A stretch of DNA of 64,000 nucleotides from Alphaproteobacteria bacterium (GTDB lineage Bacteria; Pseudomonadota; Alphaproteobacteria; Bin95). The notes under the pieces are model-generated. The model was not told the DNA's origin and searched no databases. It saw nothing but the letters and a program-made list of their open reading frames with translations. The translations under genes and the position numbers were made by a program. Where the stretch lies: contig OZ219786.1 in the NCBI GenBank assembly GCA_964291285.2, positions 1,344,001 to 1,408,000 of the forward strand, written 5' to 3'. This document shows, in pieces, positions 27,384-37,230 of this stretch; within the stretch, counting starts at the first letter, position 1; each line of letters starts with the position of its first letter.

Positions 27384-28775
27384 CTAGCCGATTACGACCG
27401 GCTCGACCGCCTCCAGCAGCCAGCGGGCGAAGCCGGTCATGCGCGCGTCCGCGCCGAAGGCCCCCATCACCTGCGCGCCGACCGGCAGGCCGCCCACCGC
27501 CATCAGCGGCATGGAGACCGCAGGCGCGAACAGGATCGAGGCGGGCGTGTTGAACACCGCATCGCCCGTCGGTCTGGCCAGCGGCGGCTCGCCCGGCCTG
27601 TCGCCGGCCCACACATGCGCCGGGCCCGGGCAGCTCAGCATCAGCGCGCCGTCTACCGCCTCCAGCGCGCGGGCCCACGCCGCCTGCGCCGCCTCGCGCC
27701 CGTCGAGCGCGGCATGGTAGTCCGCCACGCTCATCGCCTCGGCGGCCTCCAGCGACTGGCGGGCGCGGAAGCTGATCGCGTCCGGGCCCATGTCCGCGAG
27801 CGCCCGGTGCAGCCAGCGGTTTTCCCAGCCGATGATCGCGTAGCAGATGGCCGACGCCCGCATGAGTTCCGCGTCGAGGGCCGCCAGCAAAGGGTCGTCC
27901 GCCGGGCGCAGCACCGTCACGCCCGCCGCCACCACGGCTTCCAGCAGGCGGCCGAACGCCTCTTTGGCCGCATCGTCGAGCATGGGCCAGCCCGTGCCCT
28001 CGATAGCCAGCAGGCGGCGCGGCTTTTCGGCCGGCGGCGGGTCGGACGGGCCGGCGAGGCCGCGATGGCCGGGGTCGCCGCCCGCGCGCTTCGCGATCTC
28101 GGCCGCCATCCGCCACATGTCCTCAATGGAATTGGCGTGGACGCCGTTGACGCTCTGGCTGCTCGCCTGGCGCTCGCCGCGGTTGATCGCGCCCTTGCTC
28201 GGCTTCAGCGCGATGTTGCCGCAATAGCCCGCCGGGCGGACGATGGAGCCGCCCACCTGGCTGCCGATGGCGGCCGGCAGCATCCCCGCCGCCACCGCCG
28301 CCGCCGAGCCCGAGGAGGAGCCGCCGGGCGTGCGCGCCGGGTCGAAGGGGTTGGTCGTCGGGCCCGGATGCGCGCCGCCGAGCTCCGAGGTCACGGTCTT
28401 GGCGAGCACGACCGCGCCGGCCTCGCGCAAGGCCGCCACCGCCGCATTGTCGCGCTTGGGGAAATTGCCCCGGTAGGCTTCGCAGCCCATCTGGGTCGGC
28501 ATGGTGCGCGTTTCCAGCAGGTCCTTGATGCCGACCGGCATCCCGTCAACGGGCGAGAGGGCCCGGCCCGCCCGCCAGCGTGCGGCGCTCGCATCCGCCG
28601 CCTCGCGCGCGCCCTCGATGTCGGTCGCAACCAGCGCCTGCACCGCCGGCTCCCGCGCCTCGACGGTTTCGAGGCAACGCTCCAGGTAGGCGCGCGGCGT
28701 ATCGCTGCCGTCGCGGAAGCCGGGCAGCGCGTCGTGGAAGGTGAGGCCGCGGAAGGTCTTCGGATCGTATCGCAT
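27384..28775 (-). CDS. Amidase signature family protein
   Basis: GMPVGIKD, RTPGGSSSGSAAAVAAG, GSQVGGSIVRPAGYCG. Confidence 0.92.
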   Translation of the reverse strand: MRYDPKTFRGLTFHDALPGFRDGSDTPRAYLERCLETVEAREPAVQALVATDIEGAREAADASAARWRAGRALSPVDGMPVGIKDLLETRTMPTQMGCEAYRGNFPKRDNAAVAALREAGAVVLAKTVTSELGGAHPGPTTNPFDPARTPGGSSSGSAAAVAAGMLPAAIGSQVGGSIVRPAGYCGNIALKPSKGAINRGERQASSQSVNGVHANSIEDMWRMAAEIAKRAGGDPGHRGLAGPSDPPPAEKPRRLLAIEGTGWPMLDDAAKEAFGRLLEAVVAAGVTVLRPADDPLLAALDAELMRASAICYAIIGWENRWLHRALADMGPDAISFRARQSLEAAEAMSVADYHAALDGREAAQAAWARALEAVDGALMLSCPGPAHVWAGDRPGEPPLARPTGDAVFNTPASILFAPAVSMPLMAVGGLPVGAQVMGAFGADARMTGFARWLLEAVEPVVIG

Positions 28776-28916
28776 GGCGCGAGCCTAGCCCGGTTGCCTC
28801 CCGCTTGTCATGGCCGGCTCCCGCATTGCGCCCCGGCCCCCTGTATCGGGGACGCCGATGCCGCTAGGCTTCGGCCTTGCCCGGCGCGCCGGCCCCTGCC
28901 GGGCGGAGGACACGCC

Positions 28917-30089
28917 ATGCCGCGTTTCCGGACGGTCTGCCTTGCGCTCCTTCTGGTCCTGCCCGCTGCGGCCGACGGGAAGGACCTGAAGCCGAAACTC
29001 GGGGATATCGGCGGGGCCTTCTATGCGGAGGTGTCGGAGAGCCGCGGGGTCTGCCGGAGCGCGGTCGAGGGCAGGATCGCGCTCTGCCGTCTGAACACGG
29101 GCTTCGAGGACGAGGCCGGGAACCGGGAATACGCAAGCTGCCTGCCGGTCTTCGAATGGCAGGCCGAGAGCTGCGCCGCCCATTTCCGGCGCCAGGCCGG
29201 CAAGTGCGAGGGCCGGGGCCCGGCGCGCATCGACGGCTTCGCCCGCTTCGGCTGCACGGTGGCGGCGAAGGCCGGGGAGGAGAGCGGCGGGCCGGTCGTC
29301 GCGCCGGTCGACCGGGCGATGCAGGCGCGGGTGCGGACCGGTATCCGCAGCGGGCCCGGACCCGGCCACGCCAGGACCGGGGTGCTGGAAGCCGGCCGGG
29401 AGGTGCGGGTGACGGGCGAGGCCGGGGCGTGGCTCAGGATCGAGGCGCCCGGCGGCGGCGCGGCCTTCGTCCACGGCTCGCGGCTCGTCCCGCCCGGCCC
29501 GAAAGAGCGGGACCCGGCCGCCGGCCTCGCGCCGACATGCGTGGGCATGAGCCCGGGCGCGGCCTGCTGGCACGAACTCGCCGACCCGCCGGGCTGCCGC
29601 TTCTGGTACGACTACTACAATCCCGGGTTGAGCTGGGCCTGGTCGGGCGCGTGCAGGGCCGGCGTCGCCGAGGGGCAGGGCGCGCTGGCGGCGGCGTCCG
29701 CCGGCGGGTCGGTCCACCTCATCGGCGCGTTCGGCGGCGGCAGGATGCAGGGCCTGTGGGTCGTCCGCTACGCCGACGGCAGGATCGACCGCGGCCCCTA
29801 CCTGGACGGCAGGCGGCACGGCCGCTGGGTGGACCGCTACGCCGACGGCAGGGTCGATGAAGGCGCCTACGCGCACGGCAGGAAGCACGGCCGCTGGGTG
29901 GATCGCTACGCCAGCGGCAACCGCCTCGAATACGAATATCGCGACGGCTCGGTGGACGGGCTGCCGGGGGTCTATATCGCCGCGGACGGGGAACGCCGTC
30001 CGGGGCGCTGGTCCGGCAACTGCTTCCTGGACGGCGAAGGCCGTCTGCTGGTCCAGCGCGGCGGCGGGGAGACATGCCCGCCGGGATAG
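28917..30089 (+). CDS. Secreted Cys-rich protein with bacterial SH3 domain and MORN-like repeats
   Basis: GGAGG RBS; signal peptide; IRSGPG...WLRI...FVHG SH3 pattern; three ~23-aa GxWVxRYADG repeats. Confidence 0.7.
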   Translation: MPRFRTVCLALLLVLPAAADGKDLKPKLGDIGGAFYAEVSESRGVCRSAVEGRIALCRLNTGFEDEAGNREYASCLPVFEWQAESCAAHFRRQAGKCEGRGPARIDGFARFGCTVAAKAGEESGGPVVAPVDRAMQARVRTGIRSGPGPGHARTGVLEAGREVRVTGEAGAWLRIEAPGGGAAFVHGSRLVPPGPKERDPAAGLAPTCVGMSPGAACWHELADPPGCRFWYDYYNPGLSWAWSGACRAGVAEGQGALAAASAGGSVHLIGAFGGGRMQGLWVVRYADGRIDRGPYLDGRRHGRWVDRYADGRVDEGAYAHGRKHGRWVDRYASGNRLEYEYRDGSVDGLPGVYIAADGERRPGRWSGNCFLDGEGRLLVQRGGGETCPPG

Positions 30090-30116
30090 CGGAAGGCGCT
30101 CCGGTTCGCGCGAACG

Positions 30117-30385
30117 TCACGCCGGAGGCAGGGCCAGCGGAACGAGTTTCGACTGTCCGATCACCCGGTTGCGGGTAAGCAGGGGAACGTTATGCACGGC
30201 GCTGGTCGCCGCGATGATCCCGTCGGCCGGGTCGGCGCGGAAGTCGAGCTGGACCGGCTTTGCAAGCTCCCACAGCACGATGGCCGAAATCGACCAGCCG
30301 TTCCGCTCCAGCAAGGCGCTCTCGGCAGGCCGAAGCCCGCCGGAGAGGGCGAAAACGAGGATGTGGGTGTCAGGATTCGGCGCCG
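30117..30385 (-). pseudogene. Degenerate VapC/PIN toxin (no start codon, internal deletion)
   Basis: DTHILVFAL...SISAIVLWELAK directly joined to LDFRADPADGIIAATS...PLLTRN; expected start position reads GCG. Confidence 0.75.
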
Positions 30386-30594
30386 GCGTTCCACTCGAGG
30401 CCCGTGCTGAAGATGTCGCCCCGGACCTTCACCTTGTGGCTGAGGCTGCCGATGAGCCCGGCGTGCCGCCGCTCGTAGGGAAGCAGGCGCGCGACCGGTT
30501 TTCCACGCCTGGTGATGACCAGGCCGTCATCGCCGAGGTCGTCCAGCAGGGCCAGGCACCGCTCCTTGAATTTCGCGGCGTCGATGGTCTTCAT
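30370..30594 (-). CDS. Phd/YefM-family antitoxin
   Basis: MKTIDAAKFKERCLALLD...VITRRGKPVARL; GGAGG RBS; directly upstream of the PIN gene. Confidence 0.88.
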   Translation of the reverse strand: MKTIDAAKFKERCLALLDDLGDDGLVITRRGKPVARLLPYERRHAGLIGSLSHKVKVRGDIFSTGLEWNAGAES

Positions 30595-30744
30595 CGTTCC
30601 GCCTCCCCGTAATGCGTCACAATTTTGCGGCCAGCCAATCAAAGTGTCCATATAGAAGCATGTGCGGCTGTGCCCGGTCCGCCTTGATTGCCCGGAGCGG
30701 AAATGCCATGCCTTGAGCCGGCGGCGGAACGCGGGGGACGCGGG

Positions 30745-32055
30745 ATGGCGGAATATCTGAAGCGGGGCCGGACGGCGGCCGAGCGCGCGGCGGCGGATGC
30801 GAAGGTGCGCGCGGCCGTCGAGGCGATCCTGGAGGACATAAGCGCGCGCGGCGACGAGGCGGTGCGGGCGCTCTCGGAGAAGTTCGACGACTGGTCGCCG
30901 GAGAGTTTCAGGCTTGGCGAGCAGGAGATCGAGCGGGCGCTCTCGCAGGTGGCGAAGCGCGACCTCGACGACATCCGCTTCGCGCAGGCCCAGGTGCGCG
31001 GCTTCGCGGAGCACCAGCGCGCCGCGCTCCGGGACATCGAGGTGGAGACCCTGCCGGGCGTCGTGCTGGGGCACCGCAACATCCCGGTGAACTCGGTCGG
31101 CTGCTATGCGCCCGGCGGGAAGTATCCCATCGTCGCCTCGGTGCATATGAGCGTGGTGACGGCCAAGGCCGCCGGCGTGCCGCGCATCGTAGCCGCCGCC
31201 CCGCCCGCGCAGGGCGGCGGGCCGCATCCGGCGACGGTCGCCGCCATGCATATGGGCGGGGCTGACGAAATCCTGGTGCTGGGCGGCGTGCAGGCCGTGG
31301 GCGCGATGGCGCTCGGCACGGAGACGGTCGCGCCGGTGGACATGCTGGTCGGCCCCGGCAACGCCTTCGTCGCCGAGGCCAAGCGCCAGCTCTTCGGCCG
31401 CGTCGGCATCGACCTGCTGGCGGGCCCGACCGAGACCCTGCTGATCGCCGACGACACGGTGGACGCCGAGCTCTGCGCGACCGACCTGCTGGGCCAGGCC
31501 GAGCACGGGCCGGACAGCCCGGCCATTCTGGTCACCAATTCGCGCGCGCTCGCCGAAGCCACCATGGCCGAGGTCGACCGGCTGCTGGCGATCCTGCCGA
31601 CAGCCGCCAATGCGGGCGCCGCCTGGCGCGACTATGGCGAGGTGATCCTCTGCGCGGACCATGACGAGATGCTGGCGGAAGCCGAGCGCCTCGCCTCGGA
31701 GCATGTGCAGGTGATGACCGACCGCGACGAGTGGTATCTGGAGCACATGACCTGCTACGGCGCGCTGTTCCTCGGGCCGCGCACCAACGTCTCCTACGGC
31801 GACAAGGTCATCGGCACCAACCACACGCTGCCCACCCGCCGCGCGGCGCGCTACACGGGCGGCCTCTGGGTCGGCAAGTTCATCAAGACGCATACTTACC
31901 AGCGCATCCTGACCGACGAGGCCTCGGCGGTGCTCGGCGAGGTCTGCTCGCGGCTCTGCATGCTGGAGGGCTTCGTCGGCCATGCCGAGCAGGCCAATAT
32001 CCGCGTCCGCCGCCTCGGCGGCCGCAACATCCCCTACGGCGCGGCGGCGGAGTGA
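30745..32055 (+). CDS. Histidinol dehydrogenase-family protein (HisD paralog, HpsN-like)
   Basis: [41 protein letters not shown]; not in a his operon. Confidence 0.85.
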   Translation: MAEYLKRGRTAAERAAADAKVRAAVEAILEDISARGDEAVRALSEKFDDWSPESFRLGEQEIERALSQVAKRDLDDIRFAQAQVRGFAEHQRAALRDIEVETLPGVVLGHRNIPVNSVGCYAPGGKYPIVASVHMSVVTAKAAGVPRIVAAAPPAQGGGPHPATVAAMHMGGADEILVLGGVQAVGAMALGTETVAPVDMLVGPGNAFVAEAKRQLFGRVGIDLLAGPTETLLIADDTVDAELCATDLLGQAEHGPDSPAILVTNSRALAEATMAEVDRLLAILPTAANAGAAWRDYGEVILCADHDEMLAEAERLASEHVQVMTDRDEWYLEHMTCYGALFLGPRTNVSYGDKVIGTNHTLPTRRAARYTGGLWVGKFIKTHTYQRILTDEASAVLGEVCSRLCMLEGFVGHAEQANIRVRRLGGRNIPYGAAAE

Positions 32056-32068
32056 CGGGACAGGTGAA

Positions 32069-33599
32069 ATGGACACCGGATCGAAGAAGCCCATTTTAGC
32101 TTTCGCAGCGGCGGCGGCGCTGTTCTTGTGCGGCTGCGTCGCCACCCCGGGGGGCCAAGCCGCGCGCGACGCAGGCGGCGTGCCGATCAGCCTTTCGCAA
32201 TGGACGCCGATGGACATAAAGGACTTCGCCATCGATACCCTTGACGTCGGGGTTCATTTCTATGCCGCCCCGGAACGGCGCATCCGCAACAACAGCATGG
32301 AGCAGCAGCGCATAAGGTTCGACGGAGGGCAGCTCTATGTAGAAAGAGTCGGCAGGACCGGAGTCTACAGCTACGGCACCACGTCGCGATTGATTTCCGA
32401 GGAGAATTTCAGAAGCGCAGCGGAACACTAGGCCCTGTGGACGTATTGACTCAGGAGCGTGTTCAGGGATTCCCGTGCGAGGATTTGTCTGAATCATGAG
32501 GCGTCGGCGATTCGGGGGTTTCGTTGATGTCGACGAAGATGACGAATGGAGACTGGGAGGTTGCGCTGGAGGTTTTCCGGCTTTGCCTTCCGAGGCGGGG
32601 TGCGAAGGCGAAGGACGACCGTCTGTTTCTGGAGGCGCTGCACTTCTTTGCGGTTCACAACATCACCTGGCGGGCGCTGCCGGAGCGGTTCGGGCACTGG
32701 AATACGGTATGGCGGCGTTTTCACCGTCTGAGCCGTTCAGGGGTGTTCGAGGACTTTTTCGCCACGCTGGCGGATTTGAGCAGCACGGCGCACCTGGTTC
32801 AGATGTTCGATTCGACCGTGACCCGCGCGCATGTATCGGCGGCCGGCGCAAAAGGGGGCAGCAGGGTCAGGCGCTTGGACGCTCGCGGGGCGGTTTCAGC
32901 ACCAAAATCCACCTGAAGACCGATTTCGACGGCCTGCCGATCGCCTTCGACCTGACCGGCGGCGAGGCAGCCGACAGTCCGCATTTCGAGACCCTGATGG
33001 ACATCGGCCCCGATGTCCGGCCCCGCGCCATCGTCGCCGACAAGGGCTATGACAGCGCCGGAAACCGCCAACTCGCCCGGAAAAGAGGCGCCCTGACCGT
33101 CATTCCCTACCGGAAGAACATCAAAAACAGGCCAAAGCGCTTCGCAAGCGCGCTCTACAGAGGACGGGCGCGCATCGAACAGGCCGTCGGCAAGCTCAAA
33201 CGCTTCAAACGCATCGCCCTGCGCTGCGAAAAGACCGCCACAAACTTCAGCTCCTTCGTCGCACTCGCCGCTGCCTTCATCTTGATCAAATCCGTCCACA
33301 GGACCTACTACAGGAAAAACAAAGGAGCTGCTGTGATCGGGAAAATCGAAACGATAAGGAAATACAACGAACGCGCCGGCCACGTGGCTACCGTGCTCCA
33401 GGGAAACGGACAAGCCTGCATCTATGGAAGAGTGGCCTTTCTGAGCGCGGGGAAGTCGAATCCGAGACCCGACGAGCGGTTCGATACCTATGTCGATCTC
33501 GGGAACTGCGCCAAAGGCTGGACACTGGAAAAGCTGGCCTCCTGGCTGCGGACCGTGAACATCCGCCCCGCAGCCGGCGGGAAGACCCCGGAAGCATGA
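32069..33599 (+). pseudogene. Hypothetical lipoprotein interrupted by IS5-family element
   Basis: Lipobox LCGC; removing 32431-33305 and one TA restores the frame ...AAEH-YYRKNKG...KTPEA*. Confidence 0.8.
32431..33305 (+). mobile_element. IS5-family insertion sequence (875 bp) with -1 frameshifted transposase
   Basis: IRs GGCCCTGTGGACG / CGTCCACAGGACC, TA duplication; orfA 32524-32916, slippery AAAAGGGGG at ~32850; orfB GRSRGGFSTKIH, ADKGYD, RARIEQ. Confidence 0.93.
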
Positions 33600-33606
33600 G
33601 CGAATA

Positions 33607-34677
33607 ATGACGGCCCTGCCCCCCGGCGCGATAGATTGCGACCTGCATCCGGCGCCGCCTTCCGTCTCGGCACTGCTGCCCTGGCTGGAGCCGCACTGGG
33701 CGGATGCGGCGGGGCAGCGGGGGCTGCACGAGCTGGAGACCATTGCCTGGCCGCCCGATGCGCCGCTCTCCTGCCGCCCGGACTGGCGCGATGGCGCCGC
33801 GCGGCCCGGCAGCGACCCGGCGCGCCTCATCCGGGACGCGGTGGACGGGTTCGGCACGCGCTACGCCATTCTCAACTGCCTCTACGGCGCGCCGATGCTC
33901 TATTCCGAGGACATGGCGGCCGGCTTCTGCCGCGCGCTGAACGACTGGCTCAGGGCCGAGTGGCTCGACCGCGACCCGCGCCTGCGCGCCTCGATAACCG
34001 TGCCGCCCCATGCCCCGGAACTCGCGGCTGAGGAGATCGAACGCGCGGCGGAGGACCGGCGCTTCGTGCAGGTTCTGCTGCCGGTGATGGGTGAGACGCC
34101 GCCCGGCCGGCGGGTCAACTGGCCGGTCTACGCCGCGGCCGAGCGGGCGGGCCTGCCGGTCGCCTTCCACGCCGGCTCCGCCTACCGCCACCCGCCGACG
34201 CCGGTCGGCTGGCCCTCCTACCTCGCCGAGGACTATGCCGCGCAGGCGACCGCCTTCCAGGCTGCGCTCACCAGCCTGATTGCCGAGGGCGTGTTCCGGA
34301 AGTTTCCGGAGCTCACCGTCGTCTTTGCGGAATCGGGCGTCGCCTGGCTGCCGGCGCATCTCTGGCGGCTAACGAAATACTGGCGGGGGCTGCGCATGGA
34401 GATCCCTTGGGTGGACCGCAGCCCGGAGGAGATCGTGCGCGAGCGCGTGCGCTTCACCATCCAGCCTTTCGATGCGCCGGAGGAGCCCGACGCCGTCGCC
34501 CGCCTGCTCGACCATCTCGGCTCCGACGACATGCTGCTGTTCGCCACCGACTACCCGCACTGGCAGTTCGACGGCATGGGCGCGCTCCCGGAAGGCTTGC
34601 CGGAGGGCCTCGTTCGGCGTATTGCGGTGGACAACCCGCTCAGCACCTATCCGCGCCTTGGGGAGGGAGAGCCATGA
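33607..34677 (+). CDS. Amidohydrolase-fold protein (Amidohydro_2; AibH/PtmU3-like)
   Basis: IDCDLH, ALNDWL..EWLD, AFH, FAESG, FATDYPHW. Confidence 0.85.
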   Translation: MTALPPGAIDCDLHPAPPSVSALLPWLEPHWADAAGQRGLHELETIAWPPDAPLSCRPDWRDGAARPGSDPARLIRDAVDGFGTRYAILNCLYGAPMLYSEDMAAGFCRALNDWLRAEWLDRDPRLRASITVPPHAPELAAEEIERAAEDRRFVQVLLPVMGETPPGRRVNWPVYAAAERAGLPVAFHAGSAYRHPPTPVGWPSYLAEDYAAQATAFQAALTSLIAEGVFRKFPELTVVFAESGVAWLPAHLWRLTKYWRGLRMEIPWVDRSPEEIVRERVRFTIQPFDAPEEPDAVARLLDHLGSDDMLLFATDYPHWQFDGMGALPEGLPEGLVRRIAVDNPLSTYPRLGEGEP

Positions 34678-35792
34678 CGGTAGAGGTCCTGGACCGCCCG
34701 GCCGGCGAGAACGCCGCAGAGGCCGACACGCGGATCGCCGACTGCGACATCCATCCGAGCCCGAAATCGCTGGAGCGCGAGATCTACCCCTTCCTGGAGA
34801 AGCGCTGGCAGCGCCATATGGAGCGCTACGGCGCGCGGCCCCGCCAGCCTTTCCTGAACGGCCCGGCCTATCCGAAGGGCCAGCCCGACGCCGCCCGGCG
34901 CGACGCCTACCCGCCCGCCGGCGGCAGGCCCGGCAGCGACCTCGCCTTCATGCGCGAACAGCATCTCGACCCGCACGATATCGGCTTCGGCGTGCTGAAC
35001 CCGCTCAAGTCCGGCCAGGGCCTCCAGAACCTCGACTTCGCGGACGCCTATTGCCGCGCGATCAACGACTGGCAACTCGCCTTCTGGACCCGCGAGGAGC
35101 CGCGCCTCAAGGCCTCGATCGTCGTTCCCTACGAGGACGCGGCGGCGTCGGTGCGCGAGATCGAGCGCTGCGCAGGCGAGGAGGACTATGTCCAGGTCTT
35201 CATGCTGAACCGCACGGCCGAGCCGATGGGCCAGCGCCGCTACTGGCCGATCTACGACGCCGCGGCGGCGGCCGGCCTGCCGCTCGCCGTCCACGCCTTC
35301 GGCTTCGGCGGCGCGCCGATCACCGGCGGCGGCTGGCCCTCCTACTATATCGAGGACATGACCGGCCACGCCCAGTCCAGCCAGGCGGTGCTCACCAGCA
35401 TGGTCTTCGAGGGCGTGTTCGACCGGCTGCCGGGCCTCAGGATGGTGCTGATCGAGAGCGGCTTCGCCTGGCTGCCGGCGCTCTGCTGGCGGCTGGACCG
35501 GGTGTGGATGCGGATGCGCGACGAACTGCACCGCTGCAAGCGCCGGCCGAGCGAGATCGTCCGCGAGCAGGTGTTCCTCACCACCCAGCCGATGGAAGAG
35601 CCGGGCCGCCCGCGCCAGCTGGTCGAGTGCATCGACTGGATCGGCTGGGACAGGCTGCTCTTCGCGACCGACTACCCGCACTGGGACTTCGACCAGCCGG
35701 ATCGGGTGCTCCCCTCCTGGGTGGACGCAGGGAAGCGCCGGGCCTTCTTCACGGACAACGCGCTCAGGGTTTACGGCCGGCAGATGCCGTGA
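34674..35792 (+). CDS. Amidohydrolase-fold protein (Amidohydro_2; AibH/PtmU3-like)
   Basis: ADCDIH, AVH, LIESG, TTQPMEEP, FATDYPHWDFD; ATGA overlap. Confidence 0.87.
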   Translation: MTVEVLDRPAGENAAEADTRIADCDIHPSPKSLEREIYPFLEKRWQRHMERYGARPRQPFLNGPAYPKGQPDAARRDAYPPAGGRPGSDLAFMREQHLDPHDIGFGVLNPLKSGQGLQNLDFADAYCRAINDWQLAFWTREEPRLKASIVVPYEDAAASVREIERCAGEEDYVQVFMLNRTAEPMGQRRYWPIYDAAAAAGLPLAVHAFGFGGAPITGGGWPSYYIEDMTGHAQSSQAVLTSMVFEGVFDRLPGLRMVLIESGFAWLPALCWRLDRVWMRMRDELHRCKRRPSEIVREQVFLTTQPMEEPGRPRQLVECIDWIGWDRLLFATDYPHWDFDQPDRVLPSWVDAGKRRAFFTDNALRVYGRQMP

Positions 35793-36187
35793 CCCGGCAT
35801 GTCGTCGGCCCGGTGTCCGGGTTCCCGCCGGGCACGCGGCGTTGCGTGGTGCTGGAGGGCCGGCGGATCGCGCTCTTCAACGTCGGCGGGCGCTATTTCG
35901 GCCTGCTGGACCGCTGCCCGCACCAGGGCGGCCCGCTCTCCGAAGGGGTGCTGACGGGGCTGGTCGAGGCGGGCGCGCCCGGCGACTACCGCTTCTCGCG
36001 GCCGGGCGAAATCCTGCGCTGCCCCTGGCACGGCTGGGAGTTCGACCTCGCGACGGGCGAAAGCCGCTTCGACCCCCGCCGCCACCGCACCCGCGCCTTC
36101 CGCGTCACCGCCGAACCGGCCGAGGACCTCCGCGCCGAAACCGTCCCCGTCCGCGTCGAGGAGGACTATGTGGTCGTGGAGACGTGA
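35789..36187 (+). CDS. Rieske [2Fe-2S] ferredoxin
   Basis: CPHQGGPL and CPWHGWEFD; GTGA overlap with upstream gene. Confidence 0.92.
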   Translation: MTRHVVGPVSGFPPGTRRCVVLEGRRIALFNVGGRYFGLLDRCPHQGGPLSEGVLTGLVEAGAPGDYRFSRPGEILRCPWHGWEFDLATGESRFDPRRHRTRAFRVTAEPAEDLRAETVPVRVEEDYVVVET

Positions 36188-36280
36188 GGCGGGCTAAGCC
36201 GACAAGATAGGCACAAGCACCACTCACGGTATTATGTAATCCCAAGTTCACTACTCTCTATCCGCCTGCCGCGGATCCTA

Positions 36281-37057
36281 GGCCCTGTGGACGTATTGAC
36301 TCAGGAGCGTGTTCAGGGATTCCCGTGCGAGGATTTGTCTGAATCATGAGGCGTCGGCGATTCGGGGGTTTCTTTGATGTCGACGAAGATGACGAATGGA
36401 GACTGGGAGGTTGCGCTGGAGGTTTTCCGGCTTTGCCTTCCGAGGCGGGGTGCGAAGGCGAAGGACGACCGTCTGTTTCTGGAGGCGCTGCACTTCTTTG
36501 CGGTTCACAACATCACCTGGCGGGCGCTGCCGGAGCGGTTCGGGCACTGGAATACGGTATGGCGGCGTTTTCACCGTCTGAGCCGTTCAGGGGTGTTCGA
36601 GGACTTTTTCGCCACGCTGGCGGATTTGAGCAGCACGGCGCACCTGGTTCAGATGTTCGATTCGACCGTGACCCGCGCGCATGTATCGGCGGCCGGCGCA
36701 AAAGGGGGCAGCAGGGTCAGGCGCTTGGACGCTCGCGGGGCGGTTTCAGCACCAAAATCCACCTGAAGACCGATTTCGACGGCCTGCCGATCGCCTTCGA
36801 CCTGACCGGCGGCGAGGCAGCCGACAGTCCGCATTTCGAGACCCTGATGGACATCGGCCCCGATGTCCGGCCCCGCGCCATCGTCGCCGACAAGGGCTAT
36901 GACAGCGCCGGAAACCGCCAACTCGCCCGGAAAAGAGGCGCCCTGACCGTCATTCCCTACCGGAAGAACATCAAAAACAGGCCAAAGCGCTTCGCAAGCG
37001 CGCTCTACAGAGGACGGGCGCGCATCGAACAGGCCGTCGGCAAGCTCAAACGTTTCA
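36281..37057 (+). mobile_element. Second, 3'-truncated copy of the 875-bp IS5 element
   Basis: Near-identical to 32431-33207; similarity stops at AAGCTCAAACGTTTCA; last ~100 bp and right IR are missing. Confidence 0.92.
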
Positions 37058-37230
37058 GTATTCCACCGTACGCCTGTCTGTTCGTGGCAACTGATGTCAA
37101 AGGAAATCGTTGTGTATCAATGAAGTATTGGTTTTCCCGGTGGACAAGGCGCGCCAGGACTACGCCCCGGTTGACTTTCATGTGTTGACCTGTATGGTGA
37201 TATTCAGGGCTGTTTCGAAGGAATATCACT

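Noticed and set aside
26331-30089. 1252-aa ORF as one protein
   Set aside because: The first ~860 codons are antisense to the oxygenase and amidase genes; the real gene starts at 28917 after a GGAGG RBS.
36215-36245. dif-like site (TTATGTAATC)
   Set aside because: Only a partial XerD-like arm; no matching XerC arm.
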